Shown here: in pieces, positions 12,737 to 26,124 of the stretch
How the letters are laid out: every line of letters starts with the position of its first letter
Position numbering within the stretch: the first letter of the stretch is position 1
Assembly (NCBI GenBank): GCA_951406725.2
Contig: OX597827.1
Location: forward strand, 3,224,001 to 3,288,000
Direction: 5' to 3'
DNA from: Octopus vulgaris
Lineage: Eukaryota
Length of the DNA stretch: 64,000 bases
The notes under the pieces: model-generated
The model's input: only the letters and a program-made list of their open reading frames with translations
Told to the model about the DNA's origin: nothing
Databases searched by the model: none
Translations under genes and position numbers: made by a program

Positions 12737-12947
12737 TATTGAGTCTACCGTTGGTTATATGTTAAGGAATAGCTCCACAATTACCAAGCCTCTCACATGC
12801 AATATAGGTATTCATCTCCATTTTGGATTAAAACAATCCAAAATTTAATTCTATATGAAGACAAACACCAACATTTCATGTGATAGGGTTAATAATTGTT
12901 AAGGTATTCCTTAACAAGAAACCAATGGTAGCCTTAATACACAAATA

Positions 12948-12950
<3 letters not shown>
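12737..12950 (+). mobile_element. decayed hammerhead motif with an inverted partial copy upstream (pLTR-like foldback)
   Basis: 12885-12934: TTAATAA(for CTGATGA)-TTGTTAAGG/CCTTAACAA-GAAAC-CAATG-GTA, then AATAAA; 12737-12771 is an inverted copy of 12905-12939; followed by (TA)n. Confidence 0.6.
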
Positions 12951-12990
<40 letters not shown>

Positions 12991-13031
12991 ACAATGATTG
13001 AAGCAAGTATATATATATATATATATATATA

Positions 13032-13215
13032 TAATTGTTATATATTAATATGGCAATCTTATAGATATAAGACTAAAAGTTGTCGCTGATTAGCTCCATG
13101 AGGCCATCACCTTAAGATAGCTATAAGACTGCCATATTAATATGGCGATAACAATTAATTTCCAGTAACGCTGCCGTAATCTCTTTTAGAGAGACTTAGT
13201 AATTTTAATATTTTT
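13032..13215. repeat. (TA)n-flanked foldback fragment, same family as 22772-23225
   Basis: 13032-13120 is reverse-similar to 23128-23225; 13150-13205 is similar to 22870-22930. Confidence 0.7.
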
Positions 13216-13742
13216 ATTATATATATATATATATACACATATATATCTGTGTGTGTGTATGTGTGTGTGTGCTAGCACAAAATTGCAAACTATCTAAAGA
13301 AAACAGAACAAACTTTCAAAACAACACACACACATAAACTCATATAAATACACACATATATTTATATATTTCCTATAAAAAAAAGTAAACAACCTTGGAA
13401 AACTGCACACTCAGACACAAACACACAAAGACACACTCAAGCAAATAAATAGTACATACATATGCACACATGCATAAACACACATATACATGCACAAGTA
13501 GATACATGCACACACAAGCATACCTGTACATAGAAACACAAACAAAATCAGTAACAATGCAAACACGCATGCATACACACTTGCATACACACACACACAC
13601 TTGGACAAACAAAAAACACACATACATACAAACACTCAAGTACATACATGCATACACAAACATACCTAAACACATGCAGGCAAAAAGAATACCTACGCAA
13701 AGCAAAAGCACTCACATAGCGAAATACACACATGGACACACT

Positions 13743-13776
<34 letters not shown>

Positions 13777-14504
13777 GAAGTACCCATGCAAACAGACATG
13801 TGAAAACCAAAAGAAAGCTCTGAAACCGATGTATAAACACACACACACAGACACAAATACAATGCTCACACAAATACAAACATGCACACCTACACATATA
13901 CACAAACAAATTGGACACACATACACACACATTCACACATATCCTGAAAAAATAAAGCATTTTTTGGAAAAATCCACACACAAACAAAATGTGCACACAC
14001 ACATATATAAACAAAAACACACATGTATACACAAACTAAAAGTGCATACACACACACATAAACAAGAAGCATAGAAACACACACACACACATATAAAGCA
14101 CACACACACACATGAATGCACACTGGTACAAACATACACGTAAGTGATGCGGTGTTGTAGATAATGCATTAATTCAAATTTCATTTAATCAATGACATGA
14201 GTGAGAGTTTGATAATTAATTGTGACAGTTTTTCTTTTATTAACCTCAACTAGAACAATAACAAAGAGAAGCAGTAGAAGAGTTTGAAAGAGATGTTCAG
14301 TTTTAAATCTCATTGTAGCAACCTCTGCTTCTTCAGCTGCATTCTTACTGATAACATATATATATATATATCTGTGCACGAGAATATGTATCTTGTGTGT
14401 GTGTGTGTGTGTGAGTATCTTTATATATATGTATACATATATCTTATATATATATATATATATATTTATTTATAAATATAAATTATGGCAGTGACTCCAT
14501 CTAA

Positions 14505-14550
14505 GAATATCTGAGGAAAGAATATTATTCCGAAATATCATATTAGACTA
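14505..14550 (+). ncRNA. hammerhead-like motif in a (TA)n-embedded insert (~14485-14630)
   Basis: CTGAGGA at 14511, GAAT/ATTC stem II, CGAAA, quasi-palindromic AATAT-C-ATATT stem III; stem I is poor. Confidence 0.5.
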
Positions 14551-14665
14551 TGGATACTAAATTACAACAGGTATATAGACCATTGTCTGTATTATAGTAC
14601 ATTGTTGTACCATTCAAACTTTTTATTCTTTACAATATATAATATATATGTATACACACATCTTT

Positions 14666-14704
<39 letters not shown>

Positions 14705-14718
14705 CTTAAATATCTTTA

Positions 14719-14758
<40 letters not shown>

Positions 14759-15233
14759 AATATCGTCATATGTGTATATATATGTAATGGGAGAAAGCGC
14801 TAATGATCTAAGTGATATGATATATATATAAAAAATGTAATATACAAATACATATCTGTAAATATAAACCATCCGATCTTCTGATTACCTCATTTCTTCT
14901 TATATATAATACCTGTACATCATCTCCAAACCTTTCTATACATATATGTATATATATATATTTATATATATATATATATATTGCTTTATATATATCATTT
15001 AATATATACAGGATTTAAATGTAAGCTGCTATAAGTTTCATACTCTGCTGGTACAATAGTAAGACAAGTTTGTATTGTGTGTCATGTACTACCATGCAAT
15101 CTTTCAGGCTACACCAGCAAAATTGCTGGCCTTATACTAAAATCAGAATTGTTTTTCTTGGTGTTTCAAGTTTGATGTGTGTGAGTGTGTGTGCGTGAGT
15201 GTACATATATATATATATATATATACATATATT

Positions 15234-15710
15234 AGGCATGGCTATGTGGTAACAAGTTTGAATTCCTCTTACATGGTCTTGGGTTCAGTCCCACTGAATG
15301 GCACCTTGGGCAAGTGTCTTCTTTGATACCTGTAGCCTCAGGCTGACCAACCCTTGCGACGGAAACTGACAAAAATCTGTTGTGTGCGTATATATTTGAA
15401 TACATATAGATATGTATATGGTAGTGTGTGCATGTCTTTGTGCTTCACAAACAGCGTTGGTGTCTCAGCAGTTCAGCAAAAGAGACTGATAGAATATGTA
15501 CCAGGGTGGGACAAACATTGACACAAAGACAAATACACACACACATATGATGGGCTTCTTTCAGTTTCCGTCTACCAGATCCACTTACAAGGCTTTGGTC
15601 AACCCAAAACCATAATAGAAAACACTTGTCCAAGATACCATGCAGTGGGACTGTACCCAGAACCATGTGGTTGGTAAGCAAGTTTTTAACCATACAGCCA
15701 TGCCTGCACC
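15234..15710. mobile_element. two SINE A copies in inverted (tail-to-tail) arrangement
   Basis: 15234-15500 on plus and 15510-15710 on minus. Confidence 0.8.
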
Positions 15711-16377
15711 TATATACACATACATACATACATACATGCAAATATACATACAATTACACATAAATGAATACATATATATGCACACAATAGACACAGACCC
15801 CAAAAAAGAAGTTAAAAAGCATGTCTGTAAGAGTATCTCTGGACAAATTCTGCTGTAAATTTTGCCTATCACAATGTATATACTTTAGGTATGATACATA
15901 AATGGCTATTTTAATCAAACACTGCATTTGCTGAAAGCATATGTGTGTTGATGTGTGTATGAGTGTCTTCATATGTGCAGCAAGATTGAATGGTTAAGAT
16001 AATTTCCTTGCAACCAAAAGATCCTAGATTTGACTTCATAACATAACATTTTTGTTGTGAGTGATAAAAAAATAGCCTCAGATTAACCGAAATGTTTTGG
16101 GTGAAATTACATGGACAGAATCTACATGGGAGATCTGCCAAATGAATTGTTTCCATAGTTCAAAAGCACAGCTTTGTCAGACACAGCATGCCACACACAC
16201 GGTATCCCACTGATTCTACATGTGGATTACATTAAGAATAATGAGAAATATTGAGCCTCTTACAAGTTAATTTAATCTGTAGACAAGTCCATCTGACTGA
16301 AAAACTAAAACCTCATCTTCAAAAGCAATGGAGAACTAAATATTCACACACATACACACATGCATACACACATATAT

Positions 16378-16552
16378 AGGCACAGGTGTGCCTATATATA
16401 TTGGTTGGTAAGAGGTTTGCTTCCCAACCCAATGGTTTGAGGTTCAGTTCCACTGCATGGCACTTTGAGCAAGGGTCTTCTATTATAACCTTGGGTCAAC
16501 CAAAGCATTGTGAGTGGATTTGAAAGACGGAACCTGAAAGGAGCCCACCGAA

Positions 16553-16583
<31 letters not shown>

Positions 16584-16785
16584 TTGTGTGTTTTGTGCTA
16601 GTGTTTGACAACCAGAGTTGGTGTGTTTACATCTCCATAACTTAGTGGTTTGTCAAAAGAGATCAACAGAACAAATATCAGACATAAAAAGAAAAGCACT
16701 TGTTCATCTAAAATTCTTCAAAGCAGTGCCCCAGCATGGCCATAGTCTAATGACTGAAACAAGTAAAAGATAAGAAAAGATAAAG
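16378..16785 (+). mobile_element. SINE family A, full length
   Basis: Head, (TG)n and tail ending GAAACAAGTAAAAGATAAG. Confidence 0.85.
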
Positions 16786-17007
16786 GGGACACACACACAT
16801 ACACAGAAACACCCCCCCCCCCGCACACACACATGAGTGCGTGGGGAGGCTGGTACAGGCATATTTGTATGGTTAGAAAGTTTGCTTCTCAGCCATGTGG
16901 CTTTGGATACAGTCCCACAGCATGGTATCTAAGGCAACTGTCTTCTACTACAACCTTGAACTGACCAATAACTTGTGAGCAGATTTGGTAGGCAGAAATT
17001 TAACAAG

Positions 17008-17421
17008 CAGTGAGCTGGCAGAAACATTAGCACGCCGGACAAAATGCTTAGCGGTATTTCGTCTGCCGCTACATTCTGAGTTCAAATTCCGCCGAGGTCA
17101 ATTTTGCCTTTCATTCTTTTTGGGGTAGATTAAATAAGTACCAGTTACACACTGGGGCCAATATAATCGACTTAATCTGTTTGTCTGTCCTTGTTTGTCC
17201 CTTCTGTGTTTAGCCCCTTGTGGGTAGTAAAGAAATAGTTATTTTGTCTGCCATTATGTTCTGAGTTCAAATTCCACCGAGGTCGACTTTGCCTTTCATC
17301 CTTTCGGGGTCGATAAATTAAGTATTAGTTATGCACTGAGGTCGATGTAATCTACTTACTCCCTTTGTTTGTCCTTGTTTGTCCCCTCTATGTTTAGCCC
17401 CTTGTGGGTAATAAAGAAATA
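17008..17421 (+). mobile_element. SINE family B with tandemly duplicated body, nested in a SINE A (16855-17445)
   Basis: One head GAGCTGGCAGAAACATTAGCACGCCGG plus two ~183-bp bodies; TSD AGAAATT(G)TAACAAG at 16994-17007 and 17422-17436. Confidence 0.88.
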
Positions 17422-18148
17422 AGAAATTGTAACAAGCCCATCATATGTGTGTGCATGCATGTGTGTGTGTGTGTGTATGAGTGCATGTGTACTTAATTGT
17501 GTGTGTGCATGAGTATGCATTGCCATTTAGATATGTGTGTGCTGACAGCGAATGTGTCAGTATAAAAGGTGTCACTTGTTTACAGATCTCTGTGAAAGCA
17601 TTTACGGACATTTTCTTGTTTGATAGATGAGTCCCTTTGCTTGAAAATAGGTGAGGGTTGTAACAGCAAGAGCATCCGGCAGCAGAGAAAAAATTCTGTC
17701 TCAACAAAGTTATCATCTGACCCATGCAAGCAAAGAAATATGGTCACTGATGATGATATAAATACATGCATATGTATGTATGTATGTATGCATGTACATG
17801 TGTATGTATGTATGTATGCATGTACATGTGTATGTATGTATGTATGTATGTATGTGTGTATGCATGTATGTGTGTATGCATGTAATGTATGTATGTAATG
17901 TATGTAGGTATGTGTGTGTTTGTGTGTGCCCATGTATGTATGTGCGTATGTAATATTTTTCATTAACCAAAATTGCTATTAAAGTGGATCAAAAGTATTT
18001 TACTGTTTTCTGCTAATCTATTTATCAAAAAACACACACACACACACTCAGACATCTTCATGCATATACATACATATCTATGCACAAAACCCTTGAGTCA
18101 CATGGGTTGCAATGTCAATTAATAAGACCATATGATATATATATAAAC

Positions 18149-18181
<33 letters not shown>

Positions 18182-18291
18182 TACACATATACATATATAC
18201 ATACACATATACATATATACATACATACATACATATATTTTTTTAAAATTTTATCTAGTTTCAGCTCACGAGCTGTGGTCATGCTGGGGCA

Positions 18292-18337
<46 letters not shown>

Positions 18338-18714
18338 ATATATTTATGTATGTATATATACAGATAGATAGATAGATAAATGCATGCATACATACATACA
18401 TACATACATACATACATACATACAAACAGACAGATTGATAGTTAGATCAATAGACATATAAATAGGTAGATAGATAGATAGATTGATAGATAGTCATGTA
18501 GCATATCAAAATCTATATATATGCATGTATGTGTATATTTTTCAATATCGATATACCGTGAAATATCAAAGGAAATACTCATTTGGAATGGCTACTTGAC
18601 TTCACCGGAATCAATGAATGTAATCAATGCACAATATTCTTCAATTCCAAGACTGGAAACAATCTCAGCAGCTTAATGCCATTAGAGTGAAGTGTACTTT
18701 TACACCTACTAAAG

Positions 18715-19290
18715 CACCGCCACCATCATCATCATCAGAACCACAATTAACACTTGTCAGCCCCACTTCACACAGCAACCCCCCACCACTTCACTCTGCC
18801 ATCACCGCCACCATCATCACAATTACAACTATTATAATGACTATCACCACCACTACCACCATTACCACCACTATGACCACCGTCACCAATTCCACCGCTA
18901 CTACCATCACCACCACTGTCACATAGCAGTCACCAACACCATCACCGTCATGATTACCACTTCTATGATTACGATCAACACTGCTCCATCATCTTCATCA
19001 TCATCATCATCATCACCATTATCATCATTTAATGTCCATTTTCCATGCTGTCATGGGTTGGACTGTCACAACAAAAAACACCCCTCCTATACTACACTAT
19101 CACAATCTCCTCAACTCCACACCACAACCTACTAGTGCTACAACAATCACTAAAACTAATTCTACCACATCTACTATGCTATACCACAACTGTCACCACT
19201 GTCCCATGCTAGAACCACCATTCCCACCAACACCACCACACTCACTAAAACCCACTACTAACACATCATTACTCACACACCACAGCCTAT
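18715..19290. repeat. degenerate (CAC/CAT)n trinucleotide low-complexity block
   Basis: Visible trinucleotide periodicity; source of the poly-Thr/Ser ORFs. Confidence 0.85.
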
Positions 19291-20042
19291 AACAGTCTCT
19301 GCAATCCCTTTTGATGTGAAAATCCCCCCCTCTGTATTCCTGCTACACTCAGCACGCATGCATAATCACACATAAGCACATTCAACCACATGTACACATG
19401 CACACACACATACTGAATTAACAAACACATGCACACCATTACACAACACACATACACACAAATTCATGTATACACAAACATGCATGCACAACACACATAT
19501 ACAGGTATACATGCACATGCATACAACTACACATGGATACACATGCACAAACTCATGCATAACAACACACAAATATACATAGATATATGCACATATTTAT
19601 ATATATACATATATATATATATACATACACACACACGCACACACATAGATACACACAAACACACAGACACACAGACACACACTTAAAAGAACGTTCACAC
19701 AAACATGCATTCACACATAGTTACTATGATGCATGTTTGGATGTTAATGGAATTGCCTCACATTTCAACACCTGTCTTTTATTGTGTCACCTCTGTCCTC
19801 CTTGATACAACTACCAATAGCTTCACCACTAAAAACAACAACAACAACATCGTCAACTAGGTTTGAATGAGGTTTGGATGCTGATGACTGCAACAGCTGA
19901 CTGGACATCCAACCTGTTTTGGCAATGGTACATTTTGGTGCTAGAGGGAAATACACACACTCATGTATGCACATACAGAAATTACACATAAGGATAGAGG
20001 GTGAGAGGGTGAGAGAAGAGCATCACAATTCATTCGTGATCA

Positions 20043-20310
20043 GGACCAGAGCCAGTGACATGCAAAAAAAGTACCCATGAAGGTGGCATGTGAGAGGTTC
20101 CAGTGCCAGTGACACATAAAAGGTACTTGTGCCAGGGACGTGTAGAAGGTACCCATGCCAGTGACATGTAAGGGGACCCCCAGACTGGTGACCTGCAAAT
20201 GGCACCCTTGCCAGTGACATATAACAGACACCTAGTATACTCTGTAACGTGGTTGGCATTAGGAAGGGCATCCAGCAGTAGAAACCAAGCCAAAATGGAT
20301 GATTCAAGCC
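20043..20310 (+). mobile_element. RTE 3' UTR with an expanded ~24-bp tandem motif
   Basis: Repeated GCCAGTGACATGTAAAAGGTACCC-like units followed by GGTTGGCATTAGGAAGGGCATCCAGC. Confidence 0.75.
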
Positions 20311-21497
20311 ATTAACATCAATTCCACCATCTCCACCACCACCAACATTATCACATTTATGTTCCAAAATTTGGTGATCATAGGCAAGACAGACCATATA
20401 AGTCCTTCCTGAAGTCACAGTCTTCTTTTACCACACAAAAATATTGAGAGCCTACACTGGTCAAGTTTTACAGTACCTCTGCACATCCGTTCATGAAGGT
20501 TGCTGCAAGATTTTCCTTTTCTTTTCTTTTAAGGAAGCCTGGCAGTTGCCCATGTGTGCAAGTCACTTTTCTCCAAGTTACCAATGTTTATCCAAGGAAA
20601 AGGCTGCCAGCTTTGGCCATTGCAGTTTAGCACCAAAGTTGTCACAGGCATTGCTGTCAGAATGCAAAGAACTGAAACAGAAACTTCAATGTATCTCATT
20701 TGACTCTCTGACACCGCCATTAATCCACCATTCTAGGCTGATGCATTTTTATTTTTAATTTTTATCAACTCAGAAAGAATGAAGGGCAATATATACTTTA
20801 GCAGTATTTGAGCTCAGAGTACAGGGTTCAAATTGAAGTCACAATCTACTCGACACCCAAGCAACCCTTCCAATTCGTTGCTGCAAAAAGTTCTGAAGTA
20901 AGATTTGAATTGGCAGAGGCTGAATTAAACAGCACGGGTATAGTATTAACCCTACCACAGCAGGTTCCTGCTATAACAGTAGTAGTCTAAGTCTATTCTC
21001 TACCAGATTCCCATTAAAGCGGTTATGAACGACACACGTAGAAAAAGAAGAGGAAATACTAAACTTATACAAAGGATCAGGTTGCAACTTTGTAGTCAAG
21101 TACGATTATGACTCACTGTTAATGGGGTCCCTCATAGCTTTTCTTTATTTTGTTTTTAATTTTAAAAAAAATGAATTTTTGGTAATGAGATGAATATGAT
21201 GAACCTAGCACTTTGTGAGGTAAATGAGAAGGGCCAAAACTCCCTACAGTTGAGGAAATCATTGGTAAACTCTTCATCTAAAGGGTTTACCCTTTTGCAG
21301 ATAATGTGAGCAATTTGGACAACCAAATTGGTGAAAATGGTGAGGAAAATAGCAATTCAGGTGAACAAATATAATAGTTGAGAGATAAGCCTATTATTTT
21401 TATTCTCTTGATTTTTTGTTTGTTTTTAGGAATCTGCCCATTAGTTTTCCTGCAGTAAACAAATGCAGTGGTTGAGAGACAGACCTATTACTGTTAT

Positions 21498-21900
21498 TAC
21501 TCTTTTACTTGTTTCAGTCATTTGACTGTGGCCATGCTGGAGCACAGCTTTTAGTCGAGCAAATCGACCCCAGGACTTATTCTTTGTAAGCCTAGTACTT
21601 ATTCTATCGGCCTCTTTTGCTGAACCGCTAAGTTACGGGAACGTAAACACACCAACATCGGTTGTCAAGCAATGTTGGGGGTACAAACACAGATACACAA
21701 ACACAAACATACATACATATATATATATACATATATACGATGGGCTTCTTTCAGTTTCCGTCTACCAAATCCACTCACAAAGCTTTGGCCGGCCCGAGGC
21801 TATAGTAGAAAACACTTGCCCAAGGTGTCACACAGTGGGACTGAACCTGGAACCATGTGGTTCGTAAGCATGCTACTTACCACACAGCCACTCCTACATC
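21498..21900 (-). mobile_element. SINE family A, full length and young-looking
   Basis: Close reverse complement of 5031-5430 with CpGs retained. Confidence 0.92.
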
Positions 21901-22771
21901 TATTCTGAACATTTTTTTTGTGTGTGTGTGTGATTTTCTCTGTTAGCTGGCCTGTAATCATTACTCTTGAGCTGTGTATGCAACTATATATTTTTTTGCT
22001 CAAGAGCATAGATGAAGGGTAAAGTTAGACAAAAGGGTCCAGGTTCGAAAAGGTGAAGCATCACTCCTTGAGGTATTTGGACTCTGTTGTAATTAAATAA
22101 TAAGGAGATCAACCTTCCCCAAAATAATTGATACAAGCATGTGCACCATTGTGTCACATGTTTGGTGTAAAGTTCACCAGTGACTTCAAAGGTTAATCAT
22201 TGGTTTACTGCTTCAGGAATATTGGCAGAGTAGAAGTGGAGAAAATATAAATCAAAATGTTTTTTTGTCAACAACACATTTAGGTTGAGGAAATAGACCA
22301 GGAAACAGATAATCTTCAAAATCTGTGACAGGAAAATGAACTGAAATCCAACCTATGATATTTTGCAACATCTAGCACTGTTATTTTCTGTATAGTTGTT
22401 TAGTTATTGAAGCTAACTTCGCAAACATATGGTTTCAGGTTCAGTTCCATTGCATGGCAGCTTGTGCAGGTATCTTCTGGTACGGCACTTGGGAATTTGA
22501 TGAACTGAAAGCATAGAAGCCCACAAAACACGCACACATATGTCTATATATATTTATGTATGTATACATAAATGTGTGTGTGTGTGTGTGCATCGTTGAG
22601 ATTGCATTTGTTCCCTCACTGCTTGACAACCAGGGCTGGTTTGTTTACACCACTTAACAGAGTTTCATGGGTGCTTTTACATGGCACCAGCACCAGTGAG
22701 GTCACCAATAAACCTGCAAAACAAGACCTTTCAGCTGAAGGGTGTAGTACTTTACTAAAATTGTTTTTCAG

Positions 22772-22953
22772 AATAAAATTATTAAGTTATAGATATTTCA
22801 TTATTTCTAATTCTCTCTAAAAGAGACAGTGGTACGGCAGTGGTACTGTATATTAATAGTTATTGCCAAGCTATTAATATCCAGTACCACTGCCATAGTC
22901 TCCTTTAGAGAGAATTAGAAATAATGAAATATCTATAACTTAATAATTTTATT
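22772..22953. repeat. near-perfect ~85-bp hairpin (palindrome)
   Basis: AATAAAATTATTAAGTTATAGATATTTCATTATTTCTAATTCTCTCTAAA is mirrored exactly by the right arm; loop about 10 nt. Confidence 0.95.
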
Positions 22954-23239
22954 TAGGTAAATAATCCTTCAAACAGTTGGTCACTAGCAATGCCTGCTGG
23001 GTTCAGCTACTCCACATTGATAAGAGGCAAACACCTTGGAACTAGTCTGTGGATGCCAGACCAGCAAGGGGAAGCTGCTGACCTCCCCTGTTCAAAGATT
23101 ATAATGGACACAGGCTTGTGTGTCACATAGCTAGCTAGAGGCGATGGCTTCTTGGAGCAAATCATCGGCAGCATTCGCCTATTTTTCTGGACTGCCATAT
23201 CAGCTTGGCGATAACTATTAATATTATTAAGTTACTCTT

Positions 23240-23772
23240 AAGAATAATCTTATGAACACAACAAGAACTTTATTCTACAAATGTAGATTTTACCCCAAAC
23301 AGATTACAACTGAGAGTTGTATCCTTAATCCATTTGTAATGACATACTTTTGTGAATCTGGATTTGATTATCTTTTGTTAGTCAAGACAAAATATAGAAA
23401 TTTCCTGAAGCAGAAGCATGGATCACAATCAGCAAAAAACGTTTCTTTATTCAATAAAGTCATGATTGAGAAACAGGAACAAAGACATTATTGAATTTAT
23501 GTTCACAATTATGATTGATTTCACTGTTTACAACTTTTTCTCTTTTCTAATTGCTCACTTTGCATTTGCATTTTATTCACTGATTCAAAAGCTTAATTTT
23601 TTTCACTTCAGTTTGTTCACTACATTATTGTATGTGATTCAGTGAAAAAAAATGTGGTTATTAGAAAATTGATTTTCTCATCTTCATCTTGTGATATTAC
23701 TTTCATGGGGTGTGCAAAAATTAATCAAACTTTTCCTAGGGTTGTGACACACTGAAAAGGTTGCAAACCCTT
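23240..23772 (+). mobile_element. hAT (Buster/Charlie-type) transposon 3' end relic
   Basis: ORF 23252-23494 contains PFVMTYFCESGF..LLLVKTKYRN..EKQEQ, matching the Buster dimerisation-domain pattern PFxTTYLCESGFS; terminus AAAAGGTTGCAAACCC. Confidence 0.8.
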
Positions 23773-23944
23773 AATATAACTGATTATATTCATTCTTCAA
23801 AATTTGTATCTTTCTGCACATACTCAAGACAATAAGAACTTATACCAATAGGTATTTGTATGGATCCAACACACACAGATATATACATACACACTTTCAA
23901 AAACACATGCATACAGACAGACAGATACACACACACATATATAT

Positions 23945-24167
23945 TTACTCTCTTTTACTCTTTTACTTGTTTCAGTCATTTGATTGTGGCCATGCTGGAG
24001 CACCGCCTTTAGTCTAGCAAATCGACCCCAGGATTTATTCTTTGTAAGCCTAGTACTTATTCTATCGGTCTCTTTTGCTGAACCGCTAGATTACGGGAAC
24101 ATAAACACACCAGCATTGGTTGTCAAGCGATGTTGGGGGGGGGGGACAAACGCAGACACACACAAAC

Positions 24168-24218
<51 letters not shown>

Positions 24219-24574
24219 TTCATGCATGTATTTCTTGATTTAAGCAAAACAAAAAAACCTATTCAAAAAAAAAAAAAGGAGAAATAATTTGAAATTACGG
24301 ATGGAATGTTCAGCAGGCCAAGGTGCTTCCTCATGTCTATACAACAAAATATTGTCTTTCAGGAATCTTTGCAGTGGATGTAAATCTTTTACTTGTTTCA
24401 GTCATTGGACTGCAGCCCTGCTGGGCCACCACCTTGAAGAATTTTAGTCAGTACTTATTGTTTTTATAATCCTCTTTCTTATGCTATTATTCTCTTTTGC
24501 CAAACCACAAAGTTATGGGAACATAAACACACCAACACCAGTTATCAAGCAGTAGTGAAGGAACAGACACAAAG

Positions 24575-24629
<55 letters not shown>

Positions 24630-24752
24630 ATGGGATAATTTTAGTTTCCATCTGCCAAATCCATCTACAAGGCTTTGCCCCAGGTGCCACACAGTGGGAC
24701 TGAATCTAGAACCACATGATTGGGAAGCAAGCTTCTTTACAATATAGCCACA
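23945..24752 (-). mobile_element. two SINE A copies (23945-24170 partial, 24385-24752 near full length)
   Basis: Both match the reverse complement of family A. Confidence 0.8.
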
Positions 24753-25229
24753 CGAATAATAATGATTATTACATACATTTGTGTCAAATACGTTGTAAAT
24801 ACACATCTTTTGAATAAATTAAACCTGCTGTCCTTTGAAAACCTTTAGAAACTATATGTAACTTGTTTGTAAGATTTTGTACTCATGTGAAAGTACGCTT
24901 GCATTTTGGTAGTTTTGAGTACATACACATGTACAACATTTAAGAAATTTATTGTAGAAAATAACAATGTAGAATAATGAGGGGAATCCTTGATTAATCA
25001 AACCAATACAGTACTTGAAAAGTGATGAATATAATTTTCTTATTTTCCTGTTATTCTGACATTTTTAGTCAGATCCTCATACTCTCATTAACAACTCTCA
25101 TCATGCACATTTTTCAATGATAGCTCCAATTGGAAAAACTGAATATTCATAGATGCAAACCAAAATGTAATCATCACAAAGTTTAGTAAAACACCTGCTG
25201 TCATTAGTAATAGCTCAGGTATTCTAATA

Positions 25230-26078
25230 CACGAGGTCTGATATATAAGTATCCAGACTGTTGCCATAGTAATGAAGCTACAGCACGCAGAGTAAAGCCA
25301 CTTGACAAAGATTGACCTTGAGCTCTGCTGTGCAAGCACACTAGCTCTCTTCCACTATTTACAGCAATACTTGGAAGGAAAGTGTGTAGCATGTGAAGTG
25401 TCGCATTGGCCATGACAAAGAAATTTGTTGTGGTGACACCTGCTCAGAGGCTTACACAAAGTTGCAGAAAGTGTATGGAGAGGAGTGTATGAGATGCACA
25501 TAAATGTACAAGTAGTTCAGACGTTTCCAAGATGGTCGAAAAAATGTTGCTATTGACGAACATTCTGAGAGAACTGCAACCAGAAGAACTGAGAAAAGCA
25601 TTGCAGATGTGCATGCAGCTATGGGGGATGAATCATCGAATAGCCATCAGAGGATGTGCAGTTTAGTTCCAACACAGTTCAGTCCATTATCACTGAAGAT
25701 TTGGGCATGAGATGTGTATCTGCCGAGTTTGTGCCAAATCTGCTTTCAGTTGATCAAAAAGACACTCAGGGCATCAACTGCACAAGATCTGCACACACAA
25801 GATCTCGTTGGTTGTGTCGAGAACAATGAAAACTGTTTGAAAACTTTGTGCAGGATTCTAAACAGGTATCACCAAGCTTTTGGCAAAATTTAATGCAGAT
25901 TCTCTGCTCAACTTTCTCTGTCATGGTCAATGCGACGATCACACGTAACACACCTTCCTTCCAAGAACTGCTGTAAACAGCAGAAATGAACCAGAACGTT
26001 AAAACTTAGTGCACATGCACAGCAGAGTTCAAGGTCAATCTGTACCAAATGGCTTCACTCTGTGTGCTTTAGATTCAT
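25230..26078. mobile_element. mariner derivative made of two inverted 5' ends
   Basis: TA-CACGAGGTCTGA TIR, then plus-strand HTH region (LQKVYGEECM, FRRFQDGR, TEDLGMRCVSAEFVP) to ~25848. From there the minus strand encodes MTEKVEQRICIKFCQKLG with the same 5' leader. Confidence 0.88.
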
Positions 26079-26124
26079 TATGTATACACACACATACATT
26101 TATATATATATATATATATACAAA

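Noticed and set aside
20043-20235. CRISPR-like regularly spaced repeats
   Set aside because: These are head-to-tail degenerate units of the RTE 3' UTR without unique spacers, in eukaryotic DNA with no cas genes.
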